From Gammaproteobacteria bacterium (lineage in GTDB: Bacteria; Pseudomonadota; Gammaproteobacteria; Steroidobacterales; Rariloculaceae), in NCBI GenBank assembly GCA_022820625.1, contig JAJEFE010000011.1, positions 846-64,845 of the forward strand: DNA of 64,000 nt, in the 5' to 3' direction. The notes beneath the pieces were generated by a model, which was not told the origin of the DNA, searched no databases, and saw only the letters and a list, made by a program, of their open reading frames with translations. The translations under genes and the position numbers were made by a program. Positions 56,897-64,000 of this stretch are shown here, piece by piece. How positions within the stretch are numbered: position 1 is the first letter of the stretch; every line of letters begins with the position of its first letter.

Positions 56897-57657
56897 TGCA
56901 TGGCCTCCATCAGTCCCTCCAGACTGGGTCTCGCCGCCTCCGCGGTCACGGTCAGTCCGGCGGCATGGGCCGCCCGGGTGGTGGAAGGACCGATCGTGAA
57001 TATCTCCGCCTCTGCGTCAAGTTCAAGCCGGTTCACCAGACCCGTCACCGCGGAGGGGCTTGCCAGAAGGATTTTATCCGCACCGAGTTCGGAGAGCGCC
57101 TGTTTTCGAGTCGTCGGCGCGGCCGGTTGCGTGCGGTAGACATTGAGCCGCAGACAGTCGCCTCCGGCCTGCTCCAGGGTTTCCTCCAGGACGTTGCCGG
57201 CGTTCTCCGCCACGGCGATCAGGCACCGGGGCCTGACATGCGGCGGACCGCCGGCCGGATCGGCACGGAGGCGACCCGCCAGTGCCTCGGCCAACGAACT
57301 TGAGGTGCCGCTCGGCGCCACCAGTTCAACCTGCCCGGGCAGCGAGGCTGCCGCGGCCGCTGTCGCCGGCCCCACCGTTGCTATAAGAGTTGCTGCCATT
57401 GCTTCCTTGTCCGGCGGACTCCAGTCAATGGTGTCGATCATCTGGCGCAAGGCTTCGGCTCCGCGTCGGGACGTCAACACAAGCCAATCGGTCTCGGGCA
57501 GCGCCTCGGCCAGCCGCGCCCTGACGTTCGGCTCGCGGATGGGATGGCACTCGATGCATGGCAGCATCAGCGGTACGGCGCCAGCGTCCGCCAGCCGCGA
57601 CGCCCAGGCGGCGCAGTCTTCGGCGGCGCGCGTGACAAGCACTCGCTGGCCCGTCAT
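56893..57657 (-). CDS. hemD: Uroporphyrinogen-III synthase
   Basis: RVLVTRA...WLVLTSRRGAEAL pattern. ATG 57657 chosen because it forms an ATGA overlap with the hemC stop (57654-57657). The track ORF extends to 58020. Confidence 0.75.
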   Translation of the reverse strand: MTGQRVLVTRAAEDCAAWASRLADAGAVPLMLPCIECHPIREPNVRARLAEALPETDWLVLTSRRGAEALRQMIDTIDWSPPDKEAMAATLIATVGPATAAAAASLPGQVELVAPSGTSSSLAEALAGRLRADPAGGPPHVRPRCLIAVAENAGNVLEETLEQAGGDCLRLNVYRTQPAAPTTRKQALSELGADKILLASPSAVTGLVNRLELDAEAEIFTIGPSTTRAAHAAGLTVTAEAARPSLEGLMEAMQ

Positions 57658-58661
57658 CCGGTCCATCGTCGTTCCAGTTCGGCCCATGCCGAGTCCACCA
57701 GCGCCTCGGTGCTCGTCTCCCGCGCGTCCGCCTTGTGCAGCACGCCGTCGTGCTCGAGCCAGGCAATGAGCCTGGCCGTTCCCGGCGACGGCGCACGTAC
57801 GGCAGTGTTCGACGACGCGTGTGCGGTGCCATTGGGCGACGCGATGTCCCCGGTCTGGTGCGCCCGTGATCCGTCTGCGGTGCACCAGGCGCCGAATGCC
57901 AGATCGCAACCGCCTTCCACCCGTGCCAGCAGGCGGCGCTCCGCTGCCACCGCCTGACGGGTCGCTGCGTGGTCGAGAGACTCCAGCAGCTCGCATATGC
58001 CCTCGTCCGCCCGCCGGCACTGGATTGCCAGCGCCCCCTGGGCCGGCGCGGGTACGAAGTCCACCGGCCGCAGTCTGTGGACCTCCAATTCATCCGTGAC
58101 GGGATCGGTGACGCCGTCCAGCGGGCTCCGGCGCAGCCGCTGGATGCCCGCCGCCGCAAGCACCACGCCGTCCAGGTCGGCCCGCAGCCGGTTGATGCGC
58201 GTGGGCACGTTGCCGCGAATGGGCACGATCCTGATATCCGGCCGCAGATGTCTTATCCAGGCCTGGCGCCGCGCCGAAGCCGTTCCCACGCGGGCGCCGC
58301 CGATGATCGGCAACGCCTCCGCCGACGCGTCAGCCGCCGCGCGTGTCATCACCAGTACATCGGCCGGATCGAGCCGCTCCGGCACCGCCCCGATGGTCAG
58401 GTCGTCCGGCGACTGCGTGGGCAGATCCTTGTAGGAATGAATCGCGATGTCCACCTCATTGGCGAGCATGGCCTGCTCGATTTCACGCACAAACACACCC
58501 TGGGGGCCGATGGACCCGAACGAGGTGGCCGTGGAGCGATCGCCGGCGGTCCTGATGATCGTGAGATCGGCATCGTGACCGAGTTTAGAGATTATTCCGG
58601 CGACTCCGGCCGCCTGGGTGCGCGCCAGATGGGATCCCCGTGTTCCGATGCGGAGCTTCAT
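57654..58661 (-). CDS. hemC: Hydroxymethylbilane synthase (porphobilinogen deaminase)
   Basis: MKLRIGTRGSHLARTQA N-terminus. ATG overlaps the hemA stop (ATGA 58658-58661). Confidence 0.9.
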   Translation of the reverse strand: MKLRIGTRGSHLARTQAAGVAGIISKLGHDADLTIIRTAGDRSTATSFGSIGPQGVFVREIEQAMLANEVDIAIHSYKDLPTQSPDDLTIGAVPERLDPADVLVMTRAAADASAEALPIIGGARVGTASARRQAWIRHLRPDIRIVPIRGNVPTRINRLRADLDGVVLAAAGIQRLRRSPLDGVTDPVTDELEVHRLRPVDFVPAPAQGALAIQCRRADEGICELLESLDHAATRQAVAAERRLLARVEGGCDLAFGAWCTADGSRAHQTGDIASPNGTAHASSNTAVRAPSPGTARLIAWLEHDGVLHKADARETSTEALVDSAWAELERRWTG

Positions 58662-60082
58662 CGCGTGGTACCCTGACTGACGGTGCTGCGTCGTTTCGAT
58701 CGAGCGACGGCGTCGTGTCCCGGATCGTCTCGCAGGTCATCCCGCCTCTCATCCCGCCTCGGGGCGCGGTCCAGGGCTTGGCGCAACTCCTCGGCGAACT
58801 TCGGGTCGAGGCCCTCAAGAAAGGCTTCCAGCGAGCCGTCCGGCCCGTGGTGCAGGAGTCCTCTCAGGCCGAGCGTGGGAATATGGGCGAAACGCCGCGC
58901 GAGCACCTCCGCCCAGGTTTCGATGGCCTGCCGTTCCGCGTCCCCGAGTCCCTTGAGGTCCTTCTTCAGCAGCCGACGCACCCCTTCCCGGGCGGTGTGC
59001 CGGTAGCGGTTCTGCAGAGCGCCAAACAGCGGTCCGTAGACTTGTTCGGCAAAGCGATCCCGAAGTCGCGGCAGGGCCTCGTCCACCAGCTCGCGGGCCT
59101 GGGCGGCCTCCAGTAGCCGGGCCTCCCGGTTGATCTGCGCCTCACGGACAATCTCGTCCATGCCGATGCGAGGCAGGCCGAGCTTTCGGCAGGCGCCGCT
59201 GTCGATGTTTTCCGGCACGGCCATGTCGATGAAGAGCGGCGCCTGCCCGGAGGGCGTTTTCGCGGCGATCCGTTCCAGCGCGGGTTCAGCCAGGAGCGGT
59301 TCGGGGGCGCCGGCCGAGCTGAGGACGGCTTCCGCAGCCGGCGGATCGCGCAGAAAATTTTTCAGGCACATGGCTTCGGCAGAGTAGGGTTGCGCGGCCG
59401 CCCGGGCCTTGGCCAGGGTACGGTTGACGAAGATCAGCGGTGTATCCGCGTTGGCCAGCGAGCGGGCCGTGCGTTCGGTCATGGCCGAGACGCCCACGAG
59501 CGCCACGGCTCCGGGCGTTCGCTCGAGCCGCTCCCGGAGCTTCGCCACCGCCACCTCGGCCAGCGATACGCGTCCCTGGCCGAGGCGGGTTGCGCCGCGT
59601 ACCTGTGCCGCGATGCTCAGGGCCTCGTCGAAGAGCAGTTCCAACCGGGGGCCGCTCAACCCAAGTTCGGCCGCAAGATCGCGGCATGCGCGAACCTGCC
59701 CGACGATTTCCACTTCTCCCATCGCGGCGGAATCCAGTCCGGCCGCCACCATGAAGAGGTGTTCGCAGGCGCCCTCGCCCTGCCATGCCTTGAGCGTGCG
59801 TTCCGCCTCGCCGGGCGCGGGGGGACGACCCACGAGGAACTCATGGACCATCGGTCTTATGTCGCTCTGACGCCCATTGTCCGTGGTGGCGTCGATAGTT
59901 CGCGCGAAAATGATCTCGACACGGTTGCAGGTATCCAGGTAGGCAAGTTCCGCAAGACCCGCCTCCCGGGCAAACCCGCGCAGGCGATCATCACGCCCGG
60001 CCTGTGGCAGCGCGAAGCGTGCCAGCGCTTCGCTGCCGTCCTGGCGCCAGGAAATCCCGACGATGCCCAGTTCTTCCAACAC
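58658..60082 (-). CDS. hemA: Glutamyl-tRNA reductase
   Basis: LDTCNRVEI catalytic-Cys motif, NADPH domain, charged C-terminal extension. GTG start. Confidence 0.9.
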   Translation of the reverse strand: MLEELGIVGISWRQDGSEALARFALPQAGRDDRLRGFAREAGLAELAYLDTCNRVEIIFARTIDATTDNGRQSDIRPMVHEFLVGRPPAPGEAERTLKAWQGEGACEHLFMVAAGLDSAAMGEVEIVGQVRACRDLAAELGLSGPRLELLFDEALSIAAQVRGATRLGQGRVSLAEVAVAKLRERLERTPGAVALVGVSAMTERTARSLANADTPLIFVNRTLAKARAAAQPYSAEAMCLKNFLRDPPAAEAVLSSAGAPEPLLAEPALERIAAKTPSGQAPLFIDMAVPENIDSGACRKLGLPRIGMDEIVREAQINREARLLEAAQARELVDEALPRLRDRFAEQVYGPLFGALQNRYRHTAREGVRRLLKKDLKGLGDAERQAIETWAEVLARRFAHIPTLGLRGLLHHGPDGSLEAFLEGLDPKFAEELRQALDRAPRRDERRDDLRDDPGHDAVARSKRRSTVSQGTTR

Positions 60083-60287
60083 GCCGTCAAGGTTAGGGAT
60101 CAGGCCGCTGGAATTGTCACCGGAGTGTCACAGCGAATCGCCGGTTCCCCGTGTCCACGCGGACCTCCCGCCCGCGCCGAGTGCCCTTTCGCTGGAGCCT
60201 TGCGGGTTTTTGCGTACACTGGGACGCGGTACACTAAGGTGGCTGTCCCGCGAAATGACAACCGTATTGAAGAATGGAGGAGACTGC

Positions 60288-61154
60288 GTGAATACCAAAC
60301 TAACCTCAATTGCAGTGGGCGCCCTTGCGCTGGCGTCGATGCCGATGACACTGGCGCAGGATGAACCGTTCAGGGAAATCGTCAACATCACGGGGGATTT
60401 GTATCGGGCCACCAACAACGCCCACCACACCGTGTTCCTGGTGACTGACGAGGGGATCATTCTTACCGATCCCATCGGCACGGATTTTGCGGCCTGGCTG
60501 AAGGGCGAACTGGATGAGCGCTTTGGCGTTCCGGTGAGGTATGTGCTCTACAGTCACTACCATGACGACCACGCCTCGGGCGGGGCGGTCTTCGAGGACA
60601 CCGCTGAATTCGTCGGCCACGAGAACATGCCCGTCAATCTCGCGGCGGAGGAGGGCAACGAAGACTTCGCGGAAGTCCGCGCGCCGGATACGACGTACTC
60701 CGACAGCACCAGCGTGATGCTGGGCGGCAAGACGGTGGAGATGATCCACGCGATGCCGAGTCACAGCAATGATTCATCGATCATCCGCTTCCCCGACGAG
60801 CGGGCCGTCTTCGCGGTGGACTTCGTCAACGTCCAGCGCGTGCCGTTCCAGACCATGTCGGGCTGGGGGCCGGTCACGACCTGGATCGAGGCCAATCGCC
60901 ACCTCCAGTCCACGGTGGACTATGACATCATGGCCCCGGGTCACGGCCCGGTGGGGACCAAGGCCGACGTCGACGACACGACCCGTTACCTTGAGGAGCT
61001 ATTGGCAGCCGTGACGGAGGCGGTCGATGCCGGCATGAGTCTGGAGGAAGCCCAGGCGGCGGTGCTCATGGAGGACTACAGCGGCTGGGCGCAGTACGAC
61101 GCCTGGCGGGCGCTCAACGTTCAGGGAGTCTTCGAGCAGTTGACCGCCGAGTAG
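60288..61154 (+). CDS. Secreted metallo-beta-lactamase-fold hydrolase
   Basis: GTG 60288, 5-6 nt after GGAGGAG. Signal peptide ...MTLA|QD. SHYHDDHASGG motif. Confidence 0.75.
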   Translation: MNTKLTSIAVGALALASMPMTLAQDEPFREIVNITGDLYRATNNAHHTVFLVTDEGIILTDPIGTDFAAWLKGELDERFGVPVRYVLYSHYHDDHASGGAVFEDTAEFVGHENMPVNLAAEEGNEDFAEVRAPDTTYSDSTSVMLGGKTVEMIHAMPSHSNDSSIIRFPDERAVFAVDFVNVQRVPFQTMSGWGPVTTWIEANRHLQSTVDYDIMAPGHGPVGTKADVDDTTRYLEELLAAVTEAVDAGMSLEEAQAAVLMEDYSGWAQYDAWRALNVQGVFEQLTAE

Positions 61155-61212
61155 ACCGATCGGCCGTGAGACGCGGCCAACCGAACGGGCTTCGCCGCTG
61201 ATCCTGACCGGG

Positions 61213-61614
61213 TCAGCCGGTCTTGCCTGCTTGCCTGCGGCCAATAATCAAGACTGCGATCCAAACCGGCAGGCTGAGGATGATCGCGTACACGGCGATC
61301 GCGATGGGTCCCAGGAGGCCGGCCAGGAGCGTTGCCCAAACGGTCAGTATTCCCAGCCCGACCATCGTGGCCCACGCGGCCTCGCGGTGACCGAACAGCC
61401 ACAACCGCCGGCATGCGAACGCCAGTGGCAGCCCGCAGGGGGCAACGAGTACCAGCGAGGCCAGGCCGCCGAACAGCATCAGCCATCCCGCGGGGCCTGC
61501 AAGTTGATCGGGAAAACGAAAGACAGCCGTCAGCATGATTCCCGCCGGCAGCCAGAGCAGCGCACCGGTCCAGAAGGCGTAGGGCGAATTGCCAAGTGAG
61601 TTGAGTCGAGACAT
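61213..61614 (-). CDS. Integral membrane protein, unknown function
   Basis: 133 aa, four hydrophobic helices, no recognisable family. Confidence 0.45.
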   Translation of the reverse strand: MSRLNSLGNSPYAFWTGALLWLPAGIMLTAVFRFPDQLAGPAGWLMLFGGLASLVLVAPCGLPLAFACRRLWLFGHREAAWATMVGLGILTVWATLLAGLLGPIAIAVYAIILSLPVWIAVLIIGRRQAGKTG

Positions 61615-61747
61615 GAGCTTGATGGTAAACCAGACTACTGATTAGACGCAGCACGAGCGCTTGGGTTCCAGTTCATCGCAGAAGTCATGGCTACCAGCCT
61701 GTTTTCGATAAATGGGCCAGTAGCTGTAGGCGTCGGAATTTTTCGGT

Positions 61748-62113
61748 ATGGTGTCGAATCCTGGATCCATGGCACTGGATTGTTGCCCGAGCACACATCC
61801 GGAGACTCACATGAAGCTGATCGGAGCCCTTGAGAACCTTTTGGCTGGCGCCCTGCTCGCCGCACTGTCCGGCGCCCTCGTCGTCTCGACCACGCGAATC
61901 ACCTGGCCCTACTTCAACCGCCTCGGGGTCCGTCAGACCGAGGCTGTCGAGGTCCGGGAACGGTTTTAGCTCGCCGACGGCGATGAAACGCTGCTTTACG
62001 AACTGACAGTGACCGATCCGGGCACGCTGACAGAGCCATACGTCTGGAACGGCCGCTGGATCTGGCGTCCGGGCGAAGTCGTCGACCGCTACGACTGCAC
62101 GCTCGAGGAGTAG
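61748..62113 (+). pseudogene. Remnant of an HHS-family C-terminal domain with in-frame TAG
   Basis: LVVSTTRITWPYFNRLGVRQTEAVEVRERF-TAG(61967-61969)-LADGDETLLYELTVTDPGTLTEPYVWNGRWIWRPGEVVDRYDCTLEE aligns with TLTVETSRIDYPYFNDQGIPQSEDLEMVERFTLSEGGTKLDWTATVTDPQTFTEP...YNC of paralogue 3. No N-domain or signal peptide upstream. Confidence 0.6.
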
Positions 62114-62193
62114 CTCGCCCGGTCTTGTGCCGGTGTCAATCGAATCGGAACCGCAGCCGTTGTCCGGGCTGCGGTTCCGCCAGGTCTATCGAG

Positions 62194-62484
62194 CTAGCAC
62201 TGATCCCTGTCGCTGTGCTTGGAGAGGCTGGTCGTGCCGTCGAAGTCGTAATAGGTATAGGTCGCTTCGCCGTTCATGTAGATGCAGTGAACCTTGATCT
62301 CCGGCCTGTTGGGGTGCAGACGGCCCAGGATCTCTATTTCGTCACCCACCGACAGCGTGTCTTCGCTGAACCCAAGGCGGCGGTTCCGATTGGGTGTTGC
62401 CAGCACCAAATCCCAGGTCTGGCCTTCGCTGTCGGTTGCAACCAACTGATCATGCGCGGCGCCCAAATGGAGCTCGGTAACCAC
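62194..62484 (-). pseudogene. DUF6152-like N-domain fragment lacking signal peptide and HHS motif (probably a remnant)
   Basis: IIEATLVVTELHLGAAHDQLVATDSEGQTWDLVL...SVGDEIEILG aligns with VIELHGTVTEYTWRNPHTFVTLDVETDAGEVEEWLLEL...QVGDRVTVFG of paralogue 1. The open frame runs back to the cupin stop at 62548 without an ATG. Confidence 0.45.
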
Positions 62485-62547
62485 CAGGGTCGCTTCTATA
62501 ATGAAATACCAGAGATCGCACCGGTACCCGTTCGCTGCAACGTTCGC

Positions 62548-62970
62548 TTACTGGTTCTCCCACCGCGGACCGTTGTTGAAACCAGGTCCATGGACCTCTG
62601 TCCAGGTCGAGTCTTCGATGGCTTCGATACGATGCGGAATGTAGGCAGGAATGATCAGTATGTCGTCCGGTCCGACCACGTATTCGTTTTCGCCCACGAA
62701 CGCTCTTGCGCTGCCGGTATGGAACAGCATGGTCTGTTCGTCGGGATGGTTGTGATGACTGGAAGATTTCCCGGCCTCCATCGTCACCATCGTGATGTAG
62801 ACGGTGTCCGTGTACAGACGCTTGCTGTAGACACCCTCGAATGGGATGGCGGCCTCGATGTCCGCCCTGTTCAGCAACCGTTCCTGCGGCGGAGAAATGT
62901 TCTGGGCCGCAACGCCAAGCGAAAACGATACACACAGCGCAACCGCTGCAAACCTGATTTGACTATTCAT
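62548..62970 (-). CDS. Secreted cupin-domain protein (second copy of this type in the window)
   Basis: ATG 62970, 5 nt after AAGGAG. Signal peptide ...GVAA|QN. HHNHPDEQ...IPHRIE metal-site pattern. Confidence 0.7.
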   Translation of the reverse strand: MNSQIRFAAVALCVSFSLGVAAQNISPPQERLLNRADIEAAIPFEGVYSKRLYTDTVYITMVTMEAGKSSSHHNHPDEQTMLFHTGSARAFVGENEYVVGPDDILIIPAYIPHRIEAIEDSTWTEVHGPGFNNGPRWENQ

Positions 62971-63460
62971 TCGATCTCCTTTTTGCACCCGCGGGGTTGA
63001 GGACGACAGCCTTCTTTGGGTCGACTTCAGACGTCCCCCTCTACGCGAAGACTAATGTGATTGACGGCAATGTTCCACCAGTGCGGCCACTGGCGTAATT
63101 TCCCTGGGACCGACGCTCGCTCGCCGCCTTGCCGCAGACAATGAGGGGCCGTGTCAATGACGGGCCGTTTCCCCGACAACGGCCGTTGGGTAGAATCTGG
63201 CTAACGTCTCCACGGATGCTGCGCATGAAAAACCTGCTCCTAATGTCGATACGCTGGACGCCCACCGTGCTCCGCAAGATGGGTTGGAGGCGAGACATGA
63301 TCGGGTGACAAGCTCACGGTCACCTTTGTCCCGCACAAGCTGGACCCCACGGTCGGATCGCTGAGGAGTCTCGAGGTGAACGACGCGCCGCTGGCAATCG
63401 AACCGCCCGAGGCCCAGCAATGAGCCGTTCCGCACGTTTTGCGGCAGCCGGTGACGTGGT

Positions 63461-63823
63461 TCAGGCATTCCGGCACAGCGTGGCGCGCTCCAGCAGGGCG
63501 GCCCAGATGTGGCTTCCTCCGCCGACATTCGACGTGCACGGCACCTTGATGCCGTCGCCGATCCACAGCTCGAGATAGCCATGCTTGTTGAGGCGAATGC
63601 CCCTTTTGGGGCCTTTCGGAGCCCGCAGCGACCGCAGCACCGACAGCAACCCGCCCGTGCGCGGAAGGGGCTTGCGTGCTTCAATGCCGGCGGCGCGCAC
63701 GGGGACGGTATCGCGCCACGGGCCGCGTTCGAGGACGACCACTTTCTTGCCAGCTTCCACCAGGCGCGACGCCAACACCGATCCGCCAAACCCGCTTCCG
63801 ACAATGATGATGTCCGCTGCCAC
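63461..63823 (-). pseudogene. Truncated GMC-family (cholesterol-oxidase-like) FAD oxidoreductase, N-terminal 120 aa only
   Basis: DIIIVGSGFGGSVLASRLVEAGKKVVVLERG FAD motif and VGGGSHIW. Stop at residue 120, whereas GMC enzymes are ~500+ aa. No continuation recognisable in any frame downstream. Confidence 0.5.
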
Positions 63824-64000
63824 TGCTCACTCCCACGTTGATTTACGTATCTCCCGTTCGCCGCAAGGAGCGTCATGACAAAAGGTCCTGCAAGGAGTCG
63901 TTGCTTCATGATCGCATTCCCAAGATGCTCTCGAAACTACAAGTCAAGGTAATACTCCAAGGTACGAGACTTGCCGATTCCCACCTCAATATTCATGGGG

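Noticed and set aside
63041-63298. 85-aa minus-strand ORF downstream of the GMC fragment
   Set aside because: No SD, no family resemblance, atypical composition. Treated as non-coding debris.
1-64000. Search by eye for rRNA, tRNA, CRISPR arrays, IS elements/transposases, integrases, phage genes or known defence systems
   Set aside because: None recognised. The only mobile-type element is the vapBC cassette. The intergenic regions are short and mostly explained by promoters or operators.

Overview
GC-rich chromosomal segment (by eye about 60-65% G+C, with strong GC3 bias) from a Gram-negative heterotroph. It carries two TonB-dependent receptors and many lipoproteins or secreted proteins. The gene content resembles a marine gammaproteobacterium-type organism, but taxonomy cannot be fixed from this window. 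There are about 60 protein genes. I recognised no rRNA, tRNA, CRISPR, transposase or integrase.

Blocks:
(1) 1-8.8 kb: 3' end of a beta-helix polysaccharide lyase, a hydratase remnant, DUF423, a 1-Cys peroxiredoxin, a lipoprotein lipase plus TonB-dependent receptor, and a CNNM/CorC-type protein.
(2) 8.8-15.6 kb: sulfur-assimilation neighbourhood (cysG, cysB, cysH). It is interleaved with secreted DsrE-like, MBL-fold and rhodanese proteins and a lower-GC vapBC cassette.
(3) 15.8-38.1 kb: glycan-utilisation locus with a LacI-family repressor and four copies of a 14-bp LacI-type operator. It contains the enigmatic TBDR / flavin-halogenase-like / SapC / JmjC-cupin / halogenase-like cassette. It also holds GH3, GH16, GH43, two clan GH-A enzymes, two paralogous sugar-porter MFS transporters, a Gfo/Idh/MocA dehydrogenase and a PhyH dioxygenase.
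(4) 38.2-47.7 kb: island of secreted metalloenzyme-like proteins (cupin, VOC, PAL-like NHL propeller, a 4-Cys protein). It is built around three paralogues of an uncharacterised two-domain protein whose predicted mature N-terminus is His-His-Ser. korAB sits in the middle.
(5) 48.3-60.1 kb: an 11-gene minus-strand heme operon (hemA-C-D-B-L, histidine kinase, response regulator, hemE, hemQ, hemH, amine-oxidase-type oxidase). Nine of its ten junctions are 4-nt start/stop overlaps. The gene content points to the coproporphyrin-dependent route.
(6) 60.3-64 kb: an MBL-fold protein, a membrane protein, and a decaying region. The decaying region holds remnants of the HHS family, a second secreted cupin and a truncated GMC oxidoreductase.

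Best candidates for new biology: the HHS-protein island, the halogenase/SapC/JmjC cassette under sugar-repressor control, and the two-component system welded into the heme operon.

All family assignments come from motif recognition by eye, with no database search.
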